Positions 53,022-62,512 of a stretch of 64,000 bases of DNA are shown one piece after another (position 1 is the first letter of the stretch; each line of letters begins with the position of its first letter). Source of the DNA: an uncultured Anaerolineales bacterium. Lineage in GTDB: Bacteria > Chloroflexota > Anaerolineae > Anaerolineales > UBA11858. The DNA lies in assembly GCA_964627755.1 (NCBI GenBank), contig CAZVIH010000066.1, positions 10,501 through 74,500 on the forward strand. The letters are read 5' to 3'. The position numbers were made by a program, and so were the translations under genes. The notes beneath the pieces were generated by a model. That model was not told the DNA's origin, did no database searches, and worked only from the letters and a program-made list of their open reading frames with translations.

Positions 53022-55490
53022 TCACTGTGTTCGGGAGTAGATTCTGCGGTAAATGGCAAATATCTCTGAAATATTCTTGATATAGGTTTGTGTTTCCGAG
53101 AACCTGATGATTTCTACAAATAGATCTGGATCTCCTCCGGATTCTTCCAACCAGATGGAAGAATTTCCTGGACCAGCGTTATAACTGGCCAGGGCGGCGT
53201 ACATATCTCCCTCAAAGTATGACCTTAAGAATCCCAGATAGGCTGTACCAAGCTTCACACTGACGATTGGACGATATAGGTCCTCATCGCTGTAATCCGG
53301 GGGCCAGCCTTTTTCACCTGCTTGCTCCTCGCCTGTGCTGGGAATGATCTGCATCAATCCCCTTGCGCCGGCCGTGGACCTGACAAAACCTTCAAAGAGG
53401 GATTCTTGCCGGATGACACTGAAAAGCAGAAATGGGTGAAATCCATTTTCCTGGCTGGCTGGAATTACCAAATCACTGTAATATGTTCCGAAACGGATAT
53501 GGTTAAAATAGACCGGCGCATTCATGGTTCCAGCATCATCCATACCAACAGCGTTTAATACCTGGCGAGATGCAAAAATTGCAGGTCTGTACAAACCCAG
53601 GTCCAGGTAATAATTGGCCAGACGGTAACTGCTAATGGGATCAAAACTTACTTCATTCCGGAGCGCTTCAAATTCTGCCCTTGCTTCATTATATAGATCC
53701 AGCTCCCAGTATTCTGTGCCGCGTATGATCCGCGGGTCTTCAGCCAGTAATCCTAGACTGTCCAGGTTTGTCTCTGGTGGGATAGAAAAATTTTCCTTGA
53801 TCCAGGCTTGGGCTTCCTCTTTTTCAGCTGGAATGTCAATTCCTATATCATAATCTTGAGGCGGGGTGAATGGCTCCCGACCCTGGAGCAGATCTCGGGC
53901 TCGTTCGCTATAATAACCGGTTGGATCCGCGTTGGCTGATTCCCGCCAGGCTGCTTCTGCCACTGCGGTATTTCCCTGAATTTGATGAACTTTCCCAATC
54001 CAGAACAGAGCCTGGGAGAGCTCTTCAAAGTCCCGGGATGCATCCCTATAAATTGAGAGTCTTGACAGGGCTGCATCATAGGCTGATAACCTGACCTGGC
54101 AGATGGCACTCTTGAACAAACTTAAGTTGCCGTATGCAGAAGTTGGATATTCATCAAAGACACGTTTCCAGAGCGCAGAAGCGGTTTCCAGATCTCCTGT
54201 CAGTTCTTCAACTCTTCCAGCATCATAGAGGAACTCTGCCGCCCGAGGTTGATATGGATTGCTTTGGACAAAATCCTGCAACACCTGGCTGGCTTCACCA
54301 TAACGGTCTAAATAAAACCAGAGCGAATAGGCCTTGAATTCCCAGGCTTGGACCCAGTAAGCATGGTCAGGATATTTATTGATAAGTTCATTCCAGGCGA
54401 CCAGGGCTTCTTCATGCCTTCCCATACCCCGGAGTGAAAATCCCTTAAAATAAAGCGCAGTCCCACGGTCTCCGGCTTCAGGATTCGCCAGGTAGCGATC
54501 AAAAGCTTCCACCGCATAACTGTATTGGCCAGCGTAATAATCCACCAGACCCCGGTCCAGGTCATTGATCGTAAAATTATTATTGACGATCTCTATTAGA
54601 CCCAGGTATGAATCGTAACTAAGCGGATACTTTAGAACTGCGTCCCGGAAAGCAGCTTCTGCAAGATCATTTTGCCCCAGTTCCAGGTAGGCAAGTCCGA
54701 GTAAATAATCTGCCCGGGCTTTGGCATAATCATTATTTGTTTGGGCATACACATCGTTGTAGATGACAACGGCCGTATTGTAATCTTCTAACGCGGCGTA
54801 TTCCTGCCCGATTTTTAACTGCAGAGTATATAAATCTTCTCCGCTTCCGGCAGCAATGGCGGCCTGATAGGCTCCAATAGCTTTGAGGGATTCCCCGGCA
54901 GCTGAAAGAGCATCGCCCTTTTTATGCTGCATGTAGGCATCCAGGATACCCGGGCGCCGGTTCAGATACAGTGTGTAGGCATCCGCAGCTTCCAGTTGTC
55001 GGTCCAAAGCAGTATAAGTTTCAGCCAGGGTGAAATATGCTTTGTGGATGATATCCGATTCCGGATAACTAGCTACCAGCAGTCGCAGGTAATCCAAAGC
55101 CCTCTGGTAATCACCTTTCTGAAAAAAAACCTTGCCAAGACCCAATAACGCCGCACTGCCTTCTTCAGGTGTTTGAGCGTGGGCCAGCGTATCTTCATAA
55201 CTTGTTATTGCTGATTCCCAGTCCCCGTAAAAATAATGAATATCACCGGATATCGAACTCTCCAGTGGCGGCAGGATGGGAGTTGAGCTGGGCAGTGGTG
55301 TAGATACAGGTAGATCTTGTGCTTCAGATAGTATTTCGGCAGGGTCTTGAGTGGGAGCAGGTTTAACTTGCCTGGTGGATAGTATATACCACCCCGCAAT
55401 GGTGATAGTACCGATTAAGATGATCAGTGTTGATACTTGATAAAATCTTCTTCTCATATTATTAGGAATACCTGTTGCTAAATAGTCCAT
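53022..55490 (-). CDS. TPR-repeat protein with C-terminal lytic transglycosylase (SLT) domain
   Basis: N-terminal TM helix, many TPR-like repeats, SLT catalytic block QESLFEGFVRSTAGARGLMQIIPSTG, YNAGPGN. Confidence 0.85.
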   Translation of the reverse strand: MDYLATGIPNNMRRRFYQVSTLIILIGTITIAGWYILSTRQVKPAPTQDPAEILSEAQDLPVSTPLPSSTPILPPLESSISGDIHYFYGDWESAITSYEDTLAHAQTPEEGSAALLGLGKVFFQKGDYQRALDYLRLLVASYPESDIIHKAYFTLAETYTALDRQLEAADAYTLYLNRRPGILDAYMQHKKGDALSAAGESLKAIGAYQAAIAAGSGEDLYTLQLKIGQEYAALEDYNTAVVIYNDVYAQTNNDYAKARADYLLGLAYLELGQNDLAEAAFRDAVLKYPLSYDSYLGLIEIVNNNFTINDLDRGLVDYYAGQYSYAVEAFDRYLANPEAGDRGTALYFKGFSLRGMGRHEEALVAWNELINKYPDHAYWVQAWEFKAYSLWFYLDRYGEASQVLQDFVQSNPYQPRAAEFLYDAGRVEELTGDLETASALWKRVFDEYPTSAYGNLSLFKSAICQVRLSAYDAALSRLSIYRDASRDFEELSQALFWIGKVHQIQGNTAVAEAAWRESANADPTGYYSERARDLLQGREPFTPPQDYDIGIDIPAEKEEAQAWIKENFSIPPETNLDSLGLLAEDPRIIRGTEYWELDLYNEARAEFEALRNEVSFDPISSYRLANYYLDLGLYRPAIFASRQVLNAVGMDDAGTMNAPVYFNHIRFGTYYSDLVIPASQENGFHPFLLFSVIRQESLFEGFVRSTAGARGLMQIIPSTGEEQAGEKGWPPDYSDEDLYRPIVSVKLGTAYLGFLRSYFEGDMYAALASYNAGPGNSSIWLEESGGDPDLFVEIIRFSETQTYIKNISEIFAIYRRIYSRTQ

Positions 55491-56374
55491 TCCCCATGGA
55501 TAATAGCGATCAGATACCAGTGATCATTTTCTTGTATAAATACCAACCGCAGGCTCCGCCAATCCATACCACCATAACGAGGATCGAAACCGGGGAAATG
55601 ATATTCAATCATAATACCATCAGGGTAAATTTCCTGGATATTATTAATGGAATTCCCTGAACTTACTTCAACGTTAAAACCTATAACTCCTGGTTTAAGG
55701 TAATCTTGATCATATACAAATTGCTGATGGTACTCAATGAATGTTAGATTGATCGGCTTTCCAGTCCCATCGTAATGTCCCCAGGTGAAAGGTTCTGAAG
55801 AGCTGATAAAACTATTCAGCTTAGAGGGACATATCACCTTGTTAGCACTATTGAGGTATGGATAGGGAGAAAAACGCAAACATGCCACAGGATGAATTAA
55901 AGGGATTAATTGGGTATACTCCCCAATTTTTACTGATTCAAGTACTTGCTGGCTCAGAATGATCAGTTCCACTGGCAGTGTGCCATGTTGTTCAGCTAAA
56001 AATCGCTTATCTACCCATCCTGCTGTTTCCTGGTGATTAATAAACACCCAGGTTGTATCACCCTCCTGATGGATCTGTCCGTCCGTCCGGATATTTGTTC
56101 CATAAGAAGGTATCTGTCCAACGATGGGGGAATCCGCTGAGGGGTTTTCATGAACACTTAATAATGAGTCTCGATCAATTCCAACCACTGCATATCTTTC
56201 ATAGAGTTCTTCTATCTCAACAGAAATGATTTCTGCTGGCTGAGTATCAACTGGCAGTATTGTGGGATTAAGTTCCGATGTCTCTGTGCAGCCAGTCAAA
56301 GCCGGATAAGGTAATAAAAACATGGTAATAATCAACACGATTTTATGGAGGTTATGATTAGGTATGGTTGGCAT
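55478..56374 (-). CDS. lipoprotein with SH3b-like domain, function unknown
   Basis: Lipobox ALTGCT. SH3-like LSVHENPSADSPIVGQIP, WVFINHQETAGWVDKRFL. Overlaps both neighbouring genes. Confidence 0.55.
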   Translation of the reverse strand: MPTIPNHNLHKIVLIITMFLLPYPALTGCTETSELNPTILPVDTQPAEIISVEIEELYERYAVVGIDRDSLLSVHENPSADSPIVGQIPSYGTNIRTDGQIHQEGDTTWVFINHQETAGWVDKRFLAEQHGTLPVELIILSQQVLESVKIGEYTQLIPLIHPVACLRFSPYPYLNSANKVICPSKLNSFISSSEPFTWGHYDGTGKPINLTFIEYHQQFVYDQDYLKPGVIGFNVEVSSGNSINNIQEIYPDGIMIEYHFPGFDPRYGGMDWRSLRLVFIQENDHWYLIAIIHGEWTI

Positions 56375-57020
56375 AATACTTACAAATTTTAGATAATGGA
56401 CATTCCTGGCAGAGAGGTTGGCGGGCTTTGCAGATTTCCCGACCCAGGCGGATGATGTTCAGGTGAACTGGATAGTACGTTTCAGGTTCAAATTGCTCAG
56501 CCAGATAAGAATGAGCCTTGGAAGCGTTGATATTTTCAGGTCGAATTCCCAACCTCCCGGTAACCCGGTATACGTGGGTGTCAACTGGAAAAGCCGGCAT
56601 GTCAAGTGAGAATAACAGTACGATTGCTGCGGTTTTTGGCCCAACTCCTTTTAACTTGATCAGCCAATTGGAGGCTTCCAGGCTGGACATTTTTTTCAGG
56701 AAATTCAGTTCAATTCGCCCTCTTTCTTCTGTGATGACTTTTAAGGCATTCTGAATAGCTGGACCTTTTTGATTGGCTAATCCTGCGGTTTTGATCAGCT
56801 GAATGACCTGTTCTTCTTCAGCGTCCCTGATTTCTTCCCAGGTAGGAAATCTTGCCAGGAGTGTATCATAAGCGATATCCCTGTTAACATCGTTTGTATT
56901 TTGAGAGAGGATAGTGGATACCAATTCTCCCACTGGAGATAGGTGAGGACGCCAGGTTGGTGGGCCATATGTATCCATCAGTAACTGGTGGATCTCAGCC
57001 GCAAACTGTTTGTTGTTCAT
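56358..57020 (-). CDS. nth: endonuclease III (HhH-GPD DNA glycosylase with 4Fe-4S cluster loop)
   Basis: HhH LKGVGPKTAAIVL, catalytic VDTHVYRV, Cys ligands C-x6-C-x2-C-x5-C (CKARQPLCQECPLSKIC). Confidence 0.9.
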   Translation of the reverse strand: MNNKQFAAEIHQLLMDTYGPPTWRPHLSPVGELVSTILSQNTNDVNRDIAYDTLLARFPTWEEIRDAEEEQVIQLIKTAGLANQKGPAIQNALKVITEERGRIELNFLKKMSSLEASNWLIKLKGVGPKTAAIVLLFSLDMPAFPVDTHVYRVTGRLGIRPENINASKAHSYLAEQFEPETYYPVHLNIIRLGREICKARQPLCQECPLSKICKYYANHT

Positions 57021-57023
57021 AGA

Positions 57024-58088
57024 TTAGCTGTATTGTAAATGAAAGCAGGGTTTTCCTTCACCAATTGGAATCTGACATTGGTTGCGATAAGTAAACTCAG
57101 GTCCCAGATCACTTAATTCTTTCAATTGCTCTGGTGAAAGGAGTTTTAATTGGTGCAAGATCTCTATCATCACAGCCCCGAGCGCTCGTTTCCCAAGGTC
57201 ACCACTGGCTATTTTCAGAGTGATTCCAAGAGCTGGAGATCCCGGAACGATTGCATTCTCAAATATACCAGCAGCCTGGTATGCTTCTGCTCCTGCTTTG
57301 GAGATGATCTTTCCTTTTGCGAGTTCCATTAGTCTGGTATCCAGTCTGCCAGGCCCGGCAACAAAAAAAGGATGATTTCCCATGGCGGAAGTAATCTTCT
57401 GGCAGGCTCGAGAGCGGCTCTCTGAGAAACGGTCTGGTTTTACCAGCCGAGCCCAACCCAGGGCAGCGTTGAGCAGAGGAACAGCGAAAGTCGGCACCGA
57501 ACAACCATCCCTTCCAATTTGAACCTGGTCTGTCTCGAGGCCGCAAAAATCAGAGAATGTTTCCAGGATTTGCTGCTGGACTGGATGGTCAATTTCGGTA
57601 TATCTCTCTTTGGAAGCCTCCATCATAACAGCCTGCCCTAACATACCAGTGTGTTTCCCGGAGCAATTATGGTGATTTTGGGTCGGTGATTTTCCCTGAT
57701 CTCTGAGTTTCTCCCGACTGGCTTTGTCAAAGGGCTGGTGTGTGCAGCATAATAGATCATCCTCTTTAATGCCTATTTTCCTCTGCAGGTTGACAACTGT
57801 TTTTAAATGAGTATCTGTGCTGGAATGGGAGGCGCAAGTAATTGCCAACTCTTCACCTGTCATCTGGAATCTTTCCAAACCGCCCATCTCAACTAGAGGG
57901 ATAGCCTGAAAAGGTTTTGCTGATGAGCGCATGAAAGTTATTATTTTTGGATCCCCAGCCCAGGCGAATAGATCCCCTTCAGCTGTTACAACAGCAACAG
58001 CGCCATAATATATAGATTCAACAACATCCCCACGAAGTATTTGAAATAGGGGAGTATAGCCCGGTTTAATGCGGTCAGGTTCTCTCAT
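57024..58088 (-). CDS. asparaginase II-family (Rhizobium-type) amidohydrolase
   Basis: RSSAKPFQAIP, SHSSTDTH and NCSGKHTGML blocks as I recall them for PF06089 members. Confidence 0.7.
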   Translation of the reverse strand: MREPDRIKPGYTPLFQILRGDVVESIYYGAVAVVTAEGDLFAWAGDPKIITFMRSSAKPFQAIPLVEMGGLERFQMTGEELAITCASHSSTDTHLKTVVNLQRKIGIKEDDLLCCTHQPFDKASREKLRDQGKSPTQNHHNCSGKHTGMLGQAVMMEASKERYTEIDHPVQQQILETFSDFCGLETDQVQIGRDGCSVPTFAVPLLNAALGWARLVKPDRFSESRSRACQKITSAMGNHPFFVAGPGRLDTRLMELAKGKIISKAGAEAYQAAGIFENAIVPGSPALGITLKIASGDLGKRALGAVMIEILHQLKLLSPEQLKELSDLGPEFTYRNQCQIPIGEGKPCFHLQYS

Positions 58089-58127
58089 GATTGAAATCCA
58101 GGAAGGATTTTTCCGGCTGGCGATCCT

Positions 58128-58997
58128 TCAGGGGAGCTTCTTTCCATTATCATCGATCCGCGGAAAATAATTCTTCAAGTAGTATTGTGATAAACCATGT
58201 TGAAGCCGTTGGAGGAAGAAATCACGATCTCGTTTCAGGAATTTGAAATCGTCCAGGAATTTTTCTGCTTGATCTTTTATATCCTCAGCCGATGCCTTTC
58301 GGTTGGCAAGTTTATCAATCCGTTTGTCAATCTTGCGGAAGGTTTTCTTTAGCTCTCGGATATGATCCTGGGTGATGGGGCCTCCGCGTCCGCTAATCAT
58401 CTCATAATCCCGGAAGCGAGTTTTGAGCAGATCGTCCAAGGTATCTATCCAGGTCGGAAGATGGGCTTTGCTCAGGAAGGGAGGTCCTTTCTCAACAACT
58501 GCGTCTCCGATGAACATGACTTTTTGGGACGGGATGATCACCCAACTGGAGCCAGGTCTTGGTCCAGGATGATGCTCCACTATTACTTCATCATCAGACC
58601 AGTGGAGCTGTATTTTATCAGTGAAAGTGATGTCAGGAACCATCCACTGCATTCCTGATGTCTCAGGGTATTTTTCCCACGGGGAGCCGCTTTCTGGGAA
58701 CTGTCCCCGGTAAATAGTGTTTGGTTCTTGCAGACCGGAGCCGGCATCTTTATGCGTCAGGATCGGACAATCAAGGCTCCTGGCACCAATAGTTCGGTCC
58801 GGGTGGTCATCCAGACATACAGCCAGTTTATGGATCGTACCCTGGCTCCTATTCAATAAAGTAGTTTTCCAGCGATGTCCATCTTCCGGTCGAAGAGGCG
58901 CATCAATGAATATCATTCCCCGGGGCAGCAGGATTGCACCAATGGTTGGTCCTGGGTAACTATCTTCATAATAAATCCCGGGTCTAATTTCGTGCAT
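58128..58997 (-). CDS. hypothetical protein, possibly a degenerate MBL-fold protein
   Basis: MBL-like strand pattern (MIFIDAP, VCLDDHPDR, VMFIGDAV), but the HxHxDH motif reads DDHPDR. AAGGAG SD. Confidence 0.45.
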   Translation of the reverse strand: MHEIRPGIYYEDSYPGPTIGAILLPRGMIFIDAPLRPEDGHRWKTTLLNRSQGTIHKLAVCLDDHPDRTIGARSLDCPILTHKDAGSGLQEPNTIYRGQFPESGSPWEKYPETSGMQWMVPDITFTDKIQLHWSDDEVIVEHHPGPRPGSSWVIIPSQKVMFIGDAVVEKGPPFLSKAHLPTWIDTLDDLLKTRFRDYEMISGRGGPITQDHIRELKKTFRKIDKRIDKLANRKASAEDIKDQAEKFLDDFKFLKRDRDFFLQRLQHGLSQYYLKNYFPRIDDNGKKLP

Positions 58998-59038
58998 TTA
59001 CACTCCTTCTAAATTTATCTGCGATGTTTGATTCTATC

Positions 59039-61138
59039 TTATATAGATGGGATCGTAAAAGTAAATTTAGCTCCGCCTTCTGGCAGATTTTCCACCCAGA
59101 TCTGGCCTTTGTGGCCTTCAACGGCCAGCCTGCAAAAAGCCAGTCCCAAACCCAACCCTTTAATCCTCTCATCAGGGTGGATGCGGGTGTATTTATCGAA
59201 GATGCGGTCAATATATTCAGGATCCACACCAGATCCAGAATCCTGGACCCAGAAACAGATGGATTTGCCATCCGGCTCAACCCCAAATTCAATATGTCCG
59301 TTGGAGGGTGTGAACTTGATGGCATTCTGGAATAAATTGATCAGTACTCTCTCAAGCATATCCCTGTCGGCATGAATTTGTGGAAGATCAGCAGGAATAA
59401 TCAGAGATACGCTCTGTTTTTTCGCATCTGCCTGGGTGATCAAGGCTTGTTTGGCATAAAGGATCAGCTCATCTGGTTTTACTTCTTCCAGATTGGTAAT
59501 CGGCCTTCCGCTCTCCAGCTTGTTGATGTCTAGAAGAGATTTTGTCAGTCGTTGGATTCTGACGGTGGATCGATTGGCGATATCAAACAGTTCCTGAATT
59601 TCCTGATCTTTTGCACCTGGCAGAGATGCCTGAATCACATCCAGGCTTGAGATCACATTTGACAATGGGGAGCGCAAATCATGGAAGATCATTGAAGTCA
59701 GATCTTCCCGCAGCTGGTCTAATTTTTTCCTCTCTGAGATATCCCGTAAAATCCACTGTAACCTGCATTCATCGGCAATTTGGATCTGATGGACATTCAC
59801 GTGGATAGGAATATCTTCAGAGTTCTTGGTTTTCAGGTTGGATTCATATGAGCAAGATGCCACATCCAGCAGGTTAGTGAAATCCTCCCCAACACCTTCC
59901 CAGTCGATATCATGGATTTCGCTGATGGTTAATTGCTTAAGTTCTTTTTCGGAGTATTGACTGGTTTGCAGGGTGCGGTTATTGGTTTCAATTACCTTGC
60001 CCTGCAAATCGGTAATGATAATGGGGTCAATGCTGTTTTCAAAAAGATCTCGATATCGGCTGTGAGTAACTTGAAGATCCTCATATAATTGGGCGTTCTG
60101 AATGGCAGAACCCGCCAGGCTGCCGATGCCGGATAATACCTGGAGTGAATCGGCCTGAAAATCCCCAGCGAGGGGATTCATAGCTTCCAGCACACCAAGG
60201 ATTTTCCCCGGAATGAAGATTGGCGCTGCGACAATTGCAAATGGTGAGATCTTGGGAAAGAGCTGATTCGTTTGCGAAAAGCGGGGGTCATCTTTTGTGT
60301 TCGGGATGATCTCTCCTTCGCCAGATTCCGCAACCCAACCGGCAAATCCCTGTCCTATCCTGATTTTCCTCCCAACCAGAGATGAGCGGAGGTCAATCGT
60401 ATCGTGGATGGCGGCTTTGTACACAAGATTGCCTTCTTCTTTGTCAATCAGCGATAAAGTGACGGCTTCTACTTGGAGAGCCGTCTGGATTTCCTTAAGG
60501 ATATTGTCCAGAACGGTTTCCAACTTCAAGGTTGATGACATTGCTGTAGCGCTGTTTGCCAGGGCGGTCATAACCCTTGCCCGCCGTTCACTTTCACCGT
60601 AAAGCTGAGCATTCAGAATCGCGACACCAGCTTGATCCGCGATGGCGTGAACAAGGGCTAGATGGTATTTCTGGAGATAGTAGGGCTTGGGATGAGCTAA
60701 AGTAATCACCCCCATTAAATCATTTCGAACCTTAATTGGCACTGCGACAACTGATTTTGCGCCAGTTTCCTCATCATCCGGCCGGCGGAGCCAGCGTTCA
60801 TCCTGACTTGTATCTGGAATGTTAACCGCATCCCGATTTTTTACCACCCATCCTGCCAGGCCTCCTTCCAGAGTTGCCCTGAGCTGTTCGTTGGTGTGGT
60901 TGATGACCTGGTCATTCACAATCATAGCAGACTCGAGGGGATTTTCATTATTATCAAGGACAATAATACTGCCGCTGATTGCTCCGATTGTTTTCAGAGA
61001 AAGAGACAAGACCCGTTCGAGAACTGTGGATAGATCCAAGGTAGTTGCAATTTCGCGGCTGATGCGATAAAGCAGCTCCAGGGAAGCTTTTTGAGTTCCT
61101 GTTTTTGGATCGATACCGTTTTTATTATTTGTTGTCAT
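59039..61138 (-). CDS. cytoplasmic sensor histidine kinase (GAF-GAF-PAS-HisKA-HATPase)
   Basis: H-box FHDLRSPLS, N-box LINLFQNAIKFT, G1 DSGSGV, G2 GLGLGLAFC. Two GAF-like regions and one PAS-like region upstream. No TM segment and no adjacent response regulator. Confidence 0.9.
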   Translation of the reverse strand: MTTNNKNGIDPKTGTQKASLELLYRISREIATTLDLSTVLERVLSLSLKTIGAISGSIIVLDNNENPLESAMIVNDQVINHTNEQLRATLEGGLAGWVVKNRDAVNIPDTSQDERWLRRPDDEETGAKSVVAVPIKVRNDLMGVITLAHPKPYYLQKYHLALVHAIADQAGVAILNAQLYGESERRARVMTALANSATAMSSTLKLETVLDNILKEIQTALQVEAVTLSLIDKEEGNLVYKAAIHDTIDLRSSLVGRKIRIGQGFAGWVAESGEGEIIPNTKDDPRFSQTNQLFPKISPFAIVAAPIFIPGKILGVLEAMNPLAGDFQADSLQVLSGIGSLAGSAIQNAQLYEDLQVTHSRYRDLFENSIDPIIITDLQGKVIETNNRTLQTSQYSEKELKQLTISEIHDIDWEGVGEDFTNLLDVASCSYESNLKTKNSEDIPIHVNVHQIQIADECRLQWILRDISERKKLDQLREDLTSMIFHDLRSPLSNVISSLDVIQASLPGAKDQEIQELFDIANRSTVRIQRLTKSLLDINKLESGRPITNLEEVKPDELILYAKQALITQADAKKQSVSLIIPADLPQIHADRDMLERVLINLFQNAIKFTPSNGHIEFGVEPDGKSICFWVQDSGSGVDPEYIDRIFDKYTRIHPDERIKGLGLGLAFCRLAVEGHKGQIWVENLPEGGAKFTFTIPSI

Positions 61139-61441
61139 ACCAAGAATCCTGCTAACAATATTCTAACCCAAATCCCGGAAAAGGTTTTGAGAAATGATTA
61201 AAATGCCCGTTTTAGACCTCGTAACACCAAAAAAGGGCTTGAGAGCATTCATTTATAACCTCATTATTATTAAAATTGATTAATGCTCAAACCGGGAATG
61301 AATATTCTCTCAGTTTTGTATGTATGAGATCCAGACCCTCCTGCCCACTTTTACCCCCAGTAATCTATTGCCCCGATAAACTGGTGGTGCTCATGGCCTC
61401 CAGAACATGTTATAACCTTTGGGTTGAGATAAGACGTATAC

Positions 61442-62434
61442 CTATAAGTGAATGGTGGGGAGCTGCAAAAGCAGATCCTCGACAGTCAATTTGAGGTTGG
61501 CATTTTTCTGGAGCAAGCTGTAGGCCCGACGAAACAGGTTGAGAGTCGATTTTGCATCCTGCAGATCTAGTGCATTGGTTATTGTCTGGATCTCCCCATC
61601 GCGATCGATGTTTCGGATGGGAGTGTCAGAATTTCCTGCTTGCAGAAGAACATCATGCCAGATAGAACTCCAAATGTAAAGCAATTCCTGGACCATACTT
61701 GGATCTTTGACAAGCTGATTTGCATAGGCAAACCTTGCAACAGAGTCGCCTCCCAAGATTTCATTATGCTGGTTAAGGAGAGTATTTCTCCTCTCAAGGA
61801 TTTCTGGATCCTGATGATACGCCAGAGCAAGTTCCGGTTTTCCGGCGGATATATGAGCCAGAAAATCAGCTTGATCTTCAGGAATCTGATACATTCTTTC
61901 CAAGCCTTGCCTGGTTGTTTGAATAGGCACGGGGTTGAGTTTGATCTCTTCACAGCGGGAAGCGACAGTTTCAAAAAGGGCACTAGCAGAAACCGCGGTG
62001 AGGATCAGGATCGCAGATCCGGGTGGCTCTTCCAAAGTTTTTAAAAGAGAATTCTGAGTATGCCTGTTCGCTAATTCAAAATCGACCAACAATCCGAAGC
62101 GCCTAGAAGCTTCATAGGGGGAAAGAGATAAATTATGGACCAGTTCCCTGACCTGGTCGATCTTGATCTGTTTGCTGCCTTCTTCAACAATGATTGGGAA
62201 GAGATCAGGATGTTCCATGCGCTGGAGCCTACTGCAGGTTGGGCATTCCAGGCAGGGGATACCGAGACTCTTGGGCTTTGGACAGCAGATTGCCTGGATA
62301 AAACGAATTGCCAGGTTCTTTTTTCCAATATCGCTTGGTCCTGTAATTAAATAAGCATGGCGCAGGGTATTATTTTTTATGTGCCCCTGCAGTAATTGAA
62401 CTGCCCATTCGTGTCCGATCAAGTCCCAAGTCAT
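61442..62434 (-). CDS. holB: DNA polymerase III delta-prime subunit
   Basis: GHEWAVQLL, HAYLITGPSDIGKKNLA, zinc module CLECPTCSRL, HPDL, and LLKTLEEPP. Confidence 0.85.
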   Translation of the reverse strand: MTWDLIGHEWAVQLLQGHIKNNTLRHAYLITGPSDIGKKNLAIRFIQAICCPKPKSLGIPCLECPTCSRLQRMEHPDLFPIIVEEGSKQIKIDQVRELVHNLSLSPYEASRRFGLLVDFELANRHTQNSLLKTLEEPPGSAILILTAVSASALFETVASRCEEIKLNPVPIQTTRQGLERMYQIPEDQADFLAHISAGKPELALAYHQDPEILERRNTLLNQHNEILGGDSVARFAYANQLVKDPSMVQELLYIWSSIWHDVLLQAGNSDTPIRNIDRDGEIQTITNALDLQDAKSTLNLFRRAYSLLQKNANLKLTVEDLLLQLPTIHL

Positions 62435-62440
62435 GGATAG

Positions 62441-62469
62441 ATTCTACAACGGGGAAGGTAATTGCGCAA
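62441..62469 (-). promoter_or_regulatory. holB promoter (TTGCGC-17-TAGAAT) ending 6 nt before the ATG; leaderless candidate
   Basis: Minus strand reads TTGCGC (62469-62464), 17 nt, TAGAAT (62446-62441), ctatcc, ATG 62434. Confidence 0.5.
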
Positions 62470-62474
62470 TGTTG

Positions 62475-62503
62475 TTGACATGCTTCTGGCAACCCAGTAG
62501 AAT
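62475..62503 (+). promoter_or_regulatory. pcrA/uvrD promoter (TTGACA-17-TAGAAT) ending 9 nt before the ATG; leaderless candidate
   Basis: Consensus -35 TTGACA at 62475-62480, 17-nt spacer, TAGAAT at 62498-62503, then cagcccagt-ATG 62513. No SD. Confidence 0.6.
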
Positions 62504-62512
62504 CAGCCCAGT

